A DNA stretch of 56,282 nucleotides from Verrucomicrobiales bacterium (GTDB taxonomy: Bacteria; Verrucomicrobiota; Verrucomicrobiia; Methylacidiphilales; JAAUTS01): contig JAISCS010000030.1 of assembly GCA_031265365.1 (NCBI GenBank), forward strand, positions 1-56,282. Reading direction: 5' to 3'. The translations under genes and the position numbers were made by a program. Below, one piece after another: positions 19,951-29,709 of the stretch (its first letter is position 1; each line of letters starts with the position of its first letter). A model generated the notes under the pieces. The model saw only the letters and a list, made by a program, of their open reading frames with translations, had not been told where the DNA came from and searched no databases.

Positions 19951-22654
19951 AATTATTTTCAGTTAATTGGCTGGCCAAAAATGTCCGCGCGTCATTTTCC
20001 AATTCTGTCACCGGTGGCGATTGCAAACCGGCGTAATTCTTCCATTCCGAGGCAACGTCAGCGGCTTGCAGCAGCGTGACAAAATGCACGGCGGTCTCGT
20101 AACGATTATATAACACGGTCGTCTTGTCGCGGCATTGGTCGTCGTCAATCTCCGCCGCGCCGATGAAAATTTTCACCGCTGACAGTGACTTCAATGGTTG
20201 CAAACCCGGCTCGACAAATCGCGCCAATCCACCCTGACTGGGGCGACACAGCGCGACGGCGGCGACCAAGTCCGGCCGCCAGCGCGCAAACCGGCAGACG
20301 AATCCCGTGCCCGGCGCGTAGCCGTGGAACAGCAAACCGTCTTTTTGCAGCGGGCACCGCTCATTGATTTTATCCAATCCCGCCAAAAACGCCGCGCCCG
20401 ACCAAACCTGCGCGCTGGCATAATGACAAAACACGCTGGACGAATTCCAGTGGTATGTCTGGGCGCGAAACTGTGGCGCGACTAACACTAAATTGTAAGC
20501 GTCAGCGAACCGCGCCCATGCGCCACCCGGTTGCAGGTACGACAAAACCTCCGCGTTGGAGCCGACCGCCAGCGTCAACACGCGACGCGACTTGCCATCA
20601 GTGGCGGCGGGCACGCGGTAAAAAATCCGCAGCTCGGGATTGTCCAAATTCGGCGTCGGCACCGTCACCACGCCGACGCGGTCGGGCAATTCGGCACGTT
20701 CCGGCTGGAACCGCATATCGCTCAAAACCCCCGCCAGTTTCCGCGACAAATCGCCGCTGATGCCGCGCTCGGTCACTTCGTTTTCCCATTTCTCCTCGTA
20801 ACGGCGGATAATTCCTTTGAATGTCCCGCCATCGGCGAGTTGCAAGCCCTCGCGTAATTTTTGCACCGCTTCCGGTACGCGACCGTCAGCGCGGTAAATC
20901 TGCGCCAACCGGTACGCGGTATTGATACGAATCAAGTCGTTGTTGTAGCCGCGGTTCAAATCCGTCACCGGCAGCGCCTGCAATTTCTCCAACAACTCGA
21001 CGGCGGCAGTCCGCTCGCCGCCGTACAACAGTGTCAGCGCTTGCTCAAACAATCGGCTTAATTCCTTGCCCGTCAAATCGCCACTGCCGGCGAGTTTGAA
21101 CGACGCCGTGTGCAACTTGAGATAAAATCGCGCCAGTTCAGGATACGTGAATGTCTCGTCCAGTTTTTTTGTCCGCAGCAAATTCCACCACGCGGCGGGC
21201 TTGAAGTCACCGTCGGCGGTCGCCGCTTGCGCGGCATCCGACAACTTGTTGGTAAACCAATCGCGGTTCAACGGTTCCTCGTCAAAATTGTACAATATGT
21301 GCGCGGTTTGCCCGCCAACTTTTTCGCGCGTCAACTCCGGCCACGACAAATGGCGTCCGGGCTGTTTGCTAGGGTCGTCACGACCGGCGCGTTGGAACGC
21401 TTGCGCCGTTAGCGCTGTCAATTTTTGCCGCAGCGTGACATATTCCTCATCGGTAAAAATTTCCAATAATGGTCGCTCGTTCAACACGCCAAGCAAACGG
21501 TTGACATAATCCGTGTACCGCAGCACGTCCTCGTGGCGTGTGCGCGCCAGCCAGTATTCAACACCGTTGGCGACGTATTCAATCTGCCGCCGATACGACG
21601 CCAGTTCCGCCTTGCCGTCGAAACGGTGCTGAATGGGCAGACCGAGGTCGCGGCAAATTTTGTCCAACGAGGAAACGGCAAACGCGGTCATCGTCAGCGA
21701 ATTGGGATTTTGCGCCAGCCACTCGTCGCGGGCGATTTCCGTAAAACCACCGCGCCCGTAAATCAACAGACAACTCCGCGCCGCCGTGATTTTTTCCACC
21801 GGCGTCATTTTGAAAAATGAAACAATATTGGTGCGCCACGGCACATACGGCTCCAACGTCGGCGTCGGCTTGCCGCGCTGCCACGACAAACGGATGCTGC
21901 GCGGACAAGGCAGTGAGTTGCTCCGGCGCTCATCCTTGTTCATCGGCTCCATGTCGAACTCAATTCCCGTCTCGCCGCTGGCGATGCGCGCGAGGCGGAG
22001 GATGGCTTCGGTGTAATCGGCGACGCGGCCTAATTCCCTGAATTCGCCGCCGTCAGCGGCGCGCAAATCCGCCAGCAATTTCCCGCTCGTCGCGATTAAC
22101 TCCGGCAACGGCATTTGTCCCTGCGTGTCGTACAACAACGAATAACGCGCCAGCAAACCGGGCAAATCCGCGCCGCTGACGGTGATAAAATTTAGCAAAA
22201 GTTTAAGATAATCTTCCTGCTTGCCCGAAATGATTTTCCCGCGCGGGTCGTGGGGCAGATAACTATAAATCCGCATCAGTTGCAACCAACGGCGTTGCGG
22301 ATTATCCACGGGTAATTTTTCCACCAACCAATCGCGAAAGGCGAAGGTTAAAAACTCGCCGACATTGAGCCGTTGCAGATCATCCGCCTTTTCCAAACTG
22401 AACGACGCCAGCAGCGGATTAGTCGGGTCAACCGCCGCGAGATTGAGCAGCGCGACGTTGGCGTCGAGACCGCGAGCGCCGCGTAATTTTTGTTCCAGTT
22501 CTTCTATGAAAGTCCGGCTCGGCGGCGGCGGTTCTTCCACATACACGGAAAAAGGATTAAACACGGGTCGCAAAAAATCTTTGATTTGCGCCGACCAATC
22601 CTGTGGATTGGCGGTTAGCGTCAATTCTTTTTCTTCAAGCCGGTTGTCAAGCAA
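19937..22654 (-). CDS. Large unknown protein: novel N-domain + TPR-like region + degenerate alpha/beta-hydrolase domain (module gene B, copy 2)
   Basis: Colinear with 15801-18449. The elbow position reads GYAPGTG, with no Ser. Confidence 0.8.
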   Translation of the reverse strand: MLDNRLEEKELTLTANPQDWSAQIKDFLRPVFNPFSVYVEEPPPPSRTFIEELEQKLRGARGLDANVALLNLAAVDPTNPLLASFSLEKADDLQRLNVGEFLTFAFRDWLVEKLPVDNPQRRWLQLMRIYSYLPHDPRGKIISGKQEDYLKLLLNFITVSGADLPGLLARYSLLYDTQGQMPLPELIATSGKLLADLRAADGGEFRELGRVADYTEAILRLARIASGETGIEFDMEPMNKDERRSNSLPCPRSIRLSWQRGKPTPTLEPYVPWRTNIVSFFKMTPVEKITAARSCLLIYGRGGFTEIARDEWLAQNPNSLTMTAFAVSSLDKICRDLGLPIQHRFDGKAELASYRRQIEYVANGVEYWLARTRHEDVLRYTDYVNRLLGVLNERPLLEIFTDEEYVTLRQKLTALTAQAFQRAGRDDPSKQPGRHLSWPELTREKVGGQTAHILYNFDEEPLNRDWFTNKLSDAAQAATADGDFKPAAWWNLLRTKKLDETFTYPELARFYLKLHTASFKLAGSGDLTGKELSRLFEQALTLLYGGERTAAVELLEKLQALPVTDLNRGYNNDLIRINTAYRLAQIYRADGRVPEAVQKLREGLQLADGGTFKGIIRRYEEKWENEVTERGISGDLSRKLAGVLSDMRFQPERAELPDRVGVVTVPTPNLDNPELRIFYRVPAATDGKSRRVLTLAVGSNAEVLSYLQPGGAWARFADAYNLVLVAPQFRAQTYHWNSSSVFCHYASAQVWSGAAFLAGLDKINERCPLQKDGLLFHGYAPGTGFVCRFARWRPDLVAAVALCRPSQGGLARFVEPGLQPLKSLSAVKIFIGAAEIDDDQCRDKTTVLYNRYETAVHFVTLLQAADVASEWKNYAGLQSPPVTELENDARTFLASQLTENNYGKK

Positions 22655-22666
22655 ATCATGCCGCTG

Positions 22667-24085
22667 CTAGCGAATCACCGGCTGGTTATCTTTGATGGTT
22701 AGCGTGCCATTGGCAATTTTATGGCATAAGAAACCTCGCGTTTGATTCCAGTGTCGGTTGTTAGTGTCATTCAGTCCGGCCTGCCAATCGTATTCCCTGG
22801 CAACTTGGGCAAGACTGTCGGGAAGAATAATGTCCCGCTCTTGCGCCGCCAGCGCGCTGGCGAATATCGCAGACAATCTAATGGCAAGCTCCCGCGGCTC
22901 GCCGCCAATGCCGAGAAACGCGATGGCATTAACGCCGGGGGACGCAATGGCATTGGTGGAAGCCGCGTAGTCTAGCATGATTTTCTCATAGCGCCGCACG
23001 GCATCGCGGAGTTGCGGGAATCCTAGCAATTCATAACAACTGCTCTCCCATCCGTAAGCCTCGCGAAATTGTCGGTTAATCAAATACGCGCGGGTGAACT
23101 CGCTAGTAGCCTCGGCATGTTTCCGTTCATGCCAAAGTTTCATGCCGCGATAAAACGGCTGCAACGCCTCTATCTCCACGCTCGGCGTGTATGGCGGCAA
23201 TTCCTTGATTGACTTGCCCAGCAGCGGTAACAACCATTGTTGAATATGGTCAATGGACGCGTCGTTGCTGATGGTGAATGTTTTACTATCCGCCAGTTTT
23301 CCGTCGTCGTTGTTGATGAGCGTCAACAAGGCATTCCCGCTGTTGAGCATGTCCACTATCAGTGTATGTGTGACGCCGAGAAATTTTTGATTGGGCACGA
23401 CGTCGCGCATGCCACGCTCACTCTCATTGATGGTGATGGCGAGGTCTTGCGTCAGCGCGCGGTCAAGCACCGCGCAACCGCTGACTGTCAACGCCTCGCG
23501 TAACCGCGCGGCGAAGATGAACGCTTCCTCGCGGGGAATTTCAATCACCGCGATAGTCGGGCGACGGTCAGCATCAGTGGAAACCGGCGCGTTGTCCAAT
23601 AACCTCCGCCCTGCCGCCGCCAGCACTGGCGCGGCATCAAACCCACCACCGTCAGCGACAGCGGAACCTAACAATCTGCCGCTGGCACCGTCAATATTTT
23701 CCACCAACCATTTGCCGCTGGCAATCTCGCGAAAATGCAAATAACGATTAATGCCAAGCAACGACGGCGGCGGCGCGTCACCGGTAGCGACGCGTTGCCA
23801 CGCCAGTTGCCCGCGCTCCCGCCACACCCGTTCCGCCTCCTGCCGTTCGACAATTTGAAGCTCCGACGACTTGCTCAACTCCACCGTCAACACACTCTGC
23901 CACCGCTCCCCGTCACTCCCGCTGACACTGACCGCCACGCGCGGCAACTCAGCGCTCCGGCCGCTGACCGTGAATCCTAGTAACAATAAACTCACACGAA
24001 GCCACGAAGGCACGGGGATTTTTCCAATCAGATAATTCTTCCTTCGTGTCCTCGTGCCCTCGTGCGAGCTTCCATTATTTTTCAT
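22667..24085 (-). CDS. Secreted unknown protein (module gene A, copy 2)
   Basis: Colinear with 18415-19950. Start chosen at MKNNGSSHEGTRTRR (24085), 4 nt after the upstream stop. Confidence 0.75.
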   Translation of the reverse strand: MKNNGSSHEGTRTRRKNYLIGKIPVPSWLRVSLLLLGFTVSGRSAELPRVAVSVSGSDGERWQSVLTVELSKSSELQIVERQEAERVWRERGQLAWQRVATGDAPPPSLLGINRYLHFREIASGKWLVENIDGASGRLLGSAVADGGGFDAAPVLAAAGRRLLDNAPVSTDADRRPTIAVIEIPREEAFIFAARLREALTVSGCAVLDRALTQDLAITINESERGMRDVVPNQKFLGVTHTLIVDMLNSGNALLTLINNDDGKLADSKTFTISNDASIDHIQQWLLPLLGKSIKELPPYTPSVEIEALQPFYRGMKLWHERKHAEATSEFTRAYLINRQFREAYGWESSCYELLGFPQLRDAVRRYEKIMLDYAASTNAIASPGVNAIAFLGIGGEPRELAIRLSAIFASALAAQERDIILPDSLAQVAREYDWQAGLNDTNNRHWNQTRGFLCHKIANGTLTIKDNQPVIR

Positions 24086-24089
24086 AATT

Positions 24090-27000
24090 TTATTCCTCAA
24101 ATTTTGCCAAATCCTCATACGGGATAAACCAAAAACCGTGTTCGTTCGCGGTCAGCACCAAACCGGAATCCGCGGCGTGGAGATGTAAAAATGAGTGGTG
24201 TTTTTCGGGAAACAATGTTTCCTCGGCGTTGCAAAGAAACGGTTTCACGCTGACAATGGGAACGATGATTTTGGCGTCTTCCTCCGGCATGGCAAAAGTC
24301 AGTGATATTTGTACACCAAATCCGGGTTGGTTGGCTTGCCACCAGCGCAGGTAATAATTATCCGCCGAATCGCGCTCGAGGCGAAATAATGAACCTGCAT
24401 GATAAGCGTAATTTTTCATCGCCATGTTCGTGGAGTCGGGACGAAATTTGGCGCGGTTGGGTATTTTCCAGCCAAACACAGTGGGTTGCGGATTAGTTTT
24501 TTTGGAACGGGATTCTTGGATAAGCCACGCAGGTTCATTATACTGACGACCCGTTAGCAATACGTCCCCGCGAGATTCTAACAAGCTCTCATCGCCATAA
24601 TTGGTCGGGGCGGGACGATAGAGTTCGGTAATAATTTCCCAATCACCGCCCAATCGCCGAATTTCGCCGCCGTCATTATTCATCACGAGCAGCGGTTCAT
24701 CATTGAAACCGTGAATGATGCCGGGACATTCGTTAGTCGGTCGCTCATCCAGCGGTGTTTCCGCCGGTTTGCGGCGCGCGCTGAACCAGAGCTTGAAACT
24801 GTCCTCTTGCGGTTGCCATTCCCACAACGCGCCGCCACGCCCGGCACCTTCGTCGGTCATGAAAAACACGCGATTGTTAAACACGAGAGGTCGCCCGGCG
24901 CCGGCAACTTCATGCAAGGTGGCGGTCTTGGTTGCCAAATCATAACAAAGCAGAGATTTGCGAACTTTGTTGTTGTCCGAATTGTACATATAAAACTTAC
25001 CGTCAGCGGGAACCAGCCAGCGCGACGACTCAGGTATGGTATGGATGGTCGTGGTCAACGTTGGCAAATCAATCTGGAAAACATATCGCCGGTACCCTTC
25101 GATACTCGGATACCAAACCGTGTTGCCGCTGACAATGACTTCGTCGGTCAATAAATGTTTAATATTCAATTCCAGCATTTGGTAGGGGCGCCAGAAGCGC
25201 GTGATTTTCAATTCCGGCGCGCCACTTTGGTCTGTCGCGGGCGGATTTAATCCGTTGCGACCCGCTAGGTTAGCCAGATTTTGAATCAGCAACGATTGCT
25301 GTGCCGCAGTTTTTCCGGGGACAGCGAGGCAAACTTGATGATAACGGGCAAATGCGGTATTGGCGCGGTCGCGCAAATCTGCGGGAAATTCAGGGACTTG
25401 TAAATATTCAATCGCAAATTCAAAATCAGGCAAATTTTCTAATAACGAGATTAACAATTCACTGCGCTCGCGGTGGAATAACCGACGGCGCTCATGGCTT
25501 TTATCGTCTGTCTCCAATAAAAATTTCAATTCTCCAGTATTGTACAACTCCACGCAATTTGCCGCCAAATATTGCAGAAACTCGCGATAAGCCGCTTGTT
25601 CCTCCGGCGTTTTCGCATTGCCTGCCCGCACTAACATTACCCGTCCTTTGAGCCTGGCATCATGCTCCCGGCGCTTCAGCATTTCTTGGCAAGCCTGCCG
25701 CGCCGCCTCGTTTTGCGCGAAGCGAAGTCCCAAGATATTTTCACGTGCCATCATTCGCAGTTGGATTCCCAATTTAATTCTCAACTGGATTCTTTGTCGA
25801 GAATTGGGTAATTCCAGCGATGTGGAAATAATTTGCTCAGCGTAAGCAAGCAACTCCTGATAATTCAATGCAAAATCCGCCGGATACTCAGAGTCTTCCG
25901 CAAACGTGCCGTCTTTGGTGCCGAGAAATTCTCGCGTTTGTCGGCGCAAATCATCCAACACATGACTACCGTCGCGGTCATGCGCTTGCAGCAAGTCGTG
26001 GATGTGGGTCAGGATTTGATACCGAACCCGCTCGAAAGAAAAACTATCCATAGAAAAGTAAGGTTGGTTCTTGTGGTAATCGGCGGGGAAATATTTTAAT
26101 TCGCCATCGGTGTGTCGGTAGTTTTGTAAATCCCGCACCGCGTCCTTGAGCAAGTCGGCGCGCCGATTTTTCATAAAGTCGTTATTTTGTTGATTGTCAT
26201 GAATAAACCGGTCAACGGTTTTGGCTCGCACCAAGTAAATATCCGCCGCCTTGCCGCCCAGCGTCTCCGCCGAATTGGGTGCCTCGCGGCAAGTGTGCCA
26301 CTGTTGCGCCCGCCACGCCCATAGTGCTTCCCACATGAATTCATCCGCCTCGCCGCTGATGGTGACACTGCCGGCGGGGAGGTTGAAATCGGCGAGGAGT
26401 TTTTGCAGCGCGGCTTCGGCGATGGATTTGGCGTCGGCGGGGATGGGGCTGACGGTCAGCGTGGTCGTGGTGGCATCACCGTCTGCAGCGCGGCGGAGGC
26501 GGAGTTTTAGCGTTACGGTTTTGCCGTCGTCCGGTTCGATGGAGCCATCTAATAAAATTTGGCTCGCTAACAGTGGCAGTGCATCCGTCGCGTTTAACGT
26601 TTTCTCAAACATCACGTCCGCCAAGGAACGACGTTCTAACAAAATAAATTTTTCCTGTTTGCCCAGGCCGAACTCCAACAACCGCGTCGCCGTTCGTTCC
26701 AGCTCAAGGTCACGCGCCGAGCCGCTGACCGAGCGCAAATTCAACACCGCTACCGCCGCCACCGGCAGCGTCCGGCTCCGCAACGCCGTCGCGCGATTGG
26801 CGACCCACGCCGCCACCACCGCGCTCCACGTCACAAGGCCACCGTCAGCGGGAATTTTTTCCGCGAACAAACACGCCCCGCTGTTGGTGGCAAGCAACTG
26901 CGCCAAGCGAAATTTCTCCCCGTTCTTCACCGTCAGCGTTTCCAGCAACAACCCGTCCGCCCCCGCCAATTCCCCCAACGCCCGAAACTCCCCGCTGACC

Positions 27001-27290
27001 ATCAACGCCCGCAATTTTTGTTCCGCGACAATTTCCCACAACTCCGCTCGCTCCAACACGTTGACCGTCTTCTGTGCCGTCAACGCCGTCACCATCAGCG
27101 CCTCCGCCTGCGAACTTCCATCCTTGTCCAACACCGCAATCTTAACCCCATCACTCGCGGTGGCAAGCACACCGCTGACGGTGAACCCTAACAATAGCAA
27201 GCTCACATGAAGCCACGAAGACACAACAGAAGAATATTTTGAAAAAAATATTCTTCGTGGCTTCGTGCCTTTGTGTGAGTTGTCGTTCAT
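24090..27290 (-). CDS. 1066-aa secreted unknown protein: two N-terminal CsgG/LpoB-like modules, a helical middle, and a beta-rich (propeller-like?) C-terminus
   Basis: Leader ...SSWLHVSLLLLGFTVSGVLA. Modules VKIAVLDKDG...VNVLERAEL and VAVLNLRSVSG...ILLERRSL. ATGA overlap with the upstream gene. Confidence 0.75.
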   Translation of the reverse strand: MNDNSHKGTKPRRIFFSKYSSVVSSWLHVSLLLLGFTVSGVLATASDGVKIAVLDKDGSSQAEALMVTALTAQKTVNVLERAELWEIVAEQKLRALMVSGEFRALGELAGADGLLLETLTVKNGEKFRLAQLLATNSGACLFAEKIPADGGLVTWSAVVAAWVANRATALRSRTLPVAAVAVLNLRSVSGSARDLELERTATRLLEFGLGKQEKFILLERRSLADVMFEKTLNATDALPLLASQILLDGSIEPDDGKTVTLKLRLRRAADGDATTTTLTVSPIPADAKSIAEAALQKLLADFNLPAGSVTISGEADEFMWEALWAWRAQQWHTCREAPNSAETLGGKAADIYLVRAKTVDRFIHDNQQNNDFMKNRRADLLKDAVRDLQNYRHTDGELKYFPADYHKNQPYFSMDSFSFERVRYQILTHIHDLLQAHDRDGSHVLDDLRRQTREFLGTKDGTFAEDSEYPADFALNYQELLAYAEQIISTSLELPNSRQRIQLRIKLGIQLRMMARENILGLRFAQNEAARQACQEMLKRREHDARLKGRVMLVRAGNAKTPEEQAAYREFLQYLAANCVELYNTGELKFLLETDDKSHERRRLFHRERSELLISLLENLPDFEFAIEYLQVPEFPADLRDRANTAFARYHQVCLAVPGKTAAQQSLLIQNLANLAGRNGLNPPATDQSGAPELKITRFWRPYQMLELNIKHLLTDEVIVSGNTVWYPSIEGYRRYVFQIDLPTLTTTIHTIPESSRWLVPADGKFYMYNSDNNKVRKSLLCYDLATKTATLHEVAGAGRPLVFNNRVFFMTDEGAGRGGALWEWQPQEDSFKLWFSARRKPAETPLDERPTNECPGIIHGFNDEPLLVMNNDGGEIRRLGGDWEIITELYRPAPTNYGDESLLESRGDVLLTGRQYNEPAWLIQESRSKKTNPQPTVFGWKIPNRAKFRPDSTNMAMKNYAYHAGSLFRLERDSADNYYLRWWQANQPGFGVQISLTFAMPEEDAKIIVPIVSVKPFLCNAEETLFPEKHHSFLHLHAADSGLVLTANEHGFWFIPYEDLAKFEE

Positions 27291-28249
27291 TTCACCATCA
27301 GCGGGATGATTCTGTCTAACAATTTGCCGACGGCGTTTTCAAGGGCTTGTTTGGCGGCGACGCTTTCGGCCAAGTCGGTGGCGGCGGCGGTTTCGCGGTC
27401 GGTGAGCAGCAGCTTGCCGGTGGCGCGTTCGGTGACGGTGATTTCCACGCGGGCGCGGCAGGCGACGAGGTTGCCGCGCCGCATGGCGAATTCGCTGAAC
27501 GCCTCGCCGTTGACGGCAAGCTCGGCATTTTCAGGATGATAAAACGCGATTCTATTGGTGCCGCTGGTAATGGTAAGCGGACTGTTAAAGCTAACGTTAA
27601 AAACAAGCGCTTGCAGGGTGCAGATGAATTCGGTTTGCGCGGCGGGGTCGGGGACTTGGCGGTTGAGGTGATGTTCGCTGATGTTGACACTGACGGTGGG
27701 CAGCGTTTTTCCGGCAAGGAGCTGTTTCAAACGTTCGAGACGGATGCAGGGGGCGTCGGGTTTCACGGTCAGCGTGGCGGCTTGTTTGTTGATGAGCGCG
27801 GCGATTCGGTCGGCGAGTTCGGCGGCGGCATGGTCGAGGCTGGCGGCGTCCTTGGCGGTGGTCATCTCACCGTACACGCGCGCGGTTTCGGCGCTGATGA
27901 TTTTAGCGACGAGATACAATTTGCCGCCGCTGTCGAAGAGCCGTCCGGTGACGAGCACTTTCGCGCCAAGCAACGCGCCAAGTTTGGCGGCGCTGTCCGG
28001 CGCGACGGTACCGGTCAGTCCGATTTCCTGCTCGCCGAGCACTTTGTCAATTTCCTGCCGCTCGACGAGGATGATGCCCGCCGCCGCTGACAGTCGGGCG
28101 CTGAGCAACACAGCGACTTCCGCGCCGCGTTTGCCGAGTTGCGGGTCGGCGGTTTGGAAGTCGAACACCGCCACGGTCAGCGGTTCGTTGGTGAGCGCCG
28201 CTGACAGTGTGCCGGCGGCGAATAATAATGTTAAGAACAGTTTTTTCAT
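27287..28249 (-). CDS. Secreted protein with CsgG/LpoB-like N-terminal module
   Basis: Signal peptide MKKLFLTLLFAAGTLSA, then VAVFDFQT...ILVERQEIDKVLGEQEIGLTG...LGAKVLVTGRL, the typical pattern of that fold (by eye). Confidence 0.7.
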   Translation of the reverse strand: MKKLFLTLLFAAGTLSAALTNEPLTVAVFDFQTADPQLGKRGAEVAVLLSARLSAAAGIILVERQEIDKVLGEQEIGLTGTVAPDSAAKLGALLGAKVLVTGRLFDSGGKLYLVAKIISAETARVYGEMTTAKDAASLDHAAAELADRIAALINKQAATLTVKPDAPCIRLERLKQLLAGKTLPTVSVNISEHHLNRQVPDPAAQTEFICTLQALVFNVSFNSPLTITSGTNRIAFYHPENAELAVNGEAFSEFAMRRGNLVACRARVEITVTERATGKLLLTDRETAAATDLAESVAAKQALENAVGKLLDRIIPLMVK

Positions 28250-28255
28250 AATAAT

Positions 28256-29110
28256 TTAATTTTCAACAATCATGACGCGACTGAGGTGTTGGTTAATCAG
28301 GTCGAGGAAAATCTCACAGCTGCGCGGGTTCGTTTCGAGGTCGCTAAGGATGGGCAGCGTGACTTTGGTCAATGCGCCGCCGCTGGCGGTCAGCGTGGTG
28401 TAAACGCCGGGCGGCAGGTCGCTGTCGCTGACAAACACAATGACGCGGGCGCGGTCACTGGCGGCAGACGGCAGGTTTTTTAATTCCTTCGCGGTGGTTT
28501 CGACGAGCGTCAGCGTGTCGGGTTGCGAAGCGGTTTCCACCCATGACAGATTGGCTTTCCGGTAGGCAAGAAAATTGGCAACGTGATGACTTTCATGTCC
28601 ATCGCTGACGGTGATGCATGGCATATTATTTTCCAAAAGTTTCTGATTAATAGCGCGACCAGTTACGGCTTTGTCCTCCGGCGGGTAAATAATCATTTGA
28701 ATCATGCCATAGTCAACATCAGCGTTTTTTTGTCGAAATTTTAGAGCAGCAGTCATGCGTTTTTTAACTTTTGGTATTTTGAAGCTGATGGTGTACAACG
28801 TGGTCAACGGATAGGAATGTCTGCTGACAGTCATGTCGGTTTTAAGTTTGGCCGCGATGCCGCCGCCAGTTTGAATGAAATCAATGGACAAGTCGTCAAG
28901 GGGAGACATAGGCGAAGAGACAATTACGGAAAAGTCGTCGCCACCGATGGCGTAGAGTTCAGGCTGAGGGCACCGCTGATAATGACTTAGCTGATTTCGC
29001 GCTACAAACGGTCTGACCATGTATTCGTCGCGGGAAACACCTTTTCCGTGGCAGGGCAAAGTTACGAACAAAGCAAACAAACAACAAAACGTTAGGGTTT
29101 TATTTTTCAT
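28256..29110 (-). CDS. Secreted hypothetical protein
   Basis: Signal peptide MKNKTLTFCCLFALFVTLPCHG. I recognise no motif. Overlaps the upstream gene by 4 nt. Confidence 0.6.
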   Translation of the reverse strand: MKNKTLTFCCLFALFVTLPCHGKGVSRDEYMVRPFVARNQLSHYQRCPQPELYAIGGDDFSVIVSSPMSPLDDLSIDFIQTGGGIAAKLKTDMTVSRHSYPLTTLYTISFKIPKVKKRMTAALKFRQKNADVDYGMIQMIIYPPEDKAVTGRAINQKLLENNMPCITVSDGHESHHVANFLAYRKANLSWVETASQPDTLTLVETTAKELKNLPSAASDRARVIVFVSDSDLPPGVYTTLTASGGALTKVTLPILSDLETNPRSCEIFLDLINQHLSRVMIVEN

Positions 29111-29709
29111 AACTTGACCATCAGCGGCCGGGCTTGGATGTTGTAGCCTAGCAATCGGTTGGAGTTTTCGCGGCTCCAGAGAAAATCGCCGTCGCTGACG
29201 ATGACGTGCCCGCCGGCGGTGAGCAGTGTTTCGAGGGAAATTTCCCTGCCATCCAGATTGAAGCGGACGACGCGCCCACTGAAGCTGAGGATGTTGATTT
29301 TTTCGCCGCGCCGTTCAAGACTCACCAACAGCGGTTGGGTGACGGTCAGCGACGGGTCGGCGCGGTCGGCGAGGATGATGCGCGTGTCGCCATCGCGCTC
29401 GATGACGGCGTTAAGTTGGTCGGGAAAAAGTTGCGCGATTTGGGCGAGCATTTTGCCGGACGGGTTGGTGTGGCGCGGGCTGGTCAAAAACGCCAACACC
29501 ACACCGACGCTGACGATGAGCGCGGCTTTGCCACAAAAACGCAGAATAGTTTTGAAATTTGTGATTTGAAATTTGGAGTTTTCTTGGAGCTTGGAATTTG
29601 GAGTTTGAGACTTAAACGCCATCAGCGCATGATATTTGGCGCGTTCCTTACGGTCAGCGTCCGGCCTCGGCACTGGCAAACCATTCAATATTTTTTCAAA
29701 ATCATTCAT
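29107..29709 (-). CDS. Putative anti-sigma factor (single-pass membrane protein)
   Basis: It lies directly downstream of the ECF sigma gene and overlaps it by 8 nt. It has a short cytoplasmic N-terminus, one TM segment (AALIVSVGVVLAFL) and an extracytoplasmic domain. The assignment rests on position only. Confidence 0.55.
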   Translation of the reverse strand: MNDFEKILNGLPVPRPDADRKERAKYHALMAFKSQTPNSKLQENSKFQITNFKTILRFCGKAALIVSVGVVLAFLTSPRHTNPSGKMLAQIAQLFPDQLNAVIERDGDTRIILADRADPSLTVTQPLLVSLERRGEKINILSFSGRVVRFNLDGREISLETLLTAGGHVIVSDGDFLWSRENSNRLLGYNIQARPLMVKL

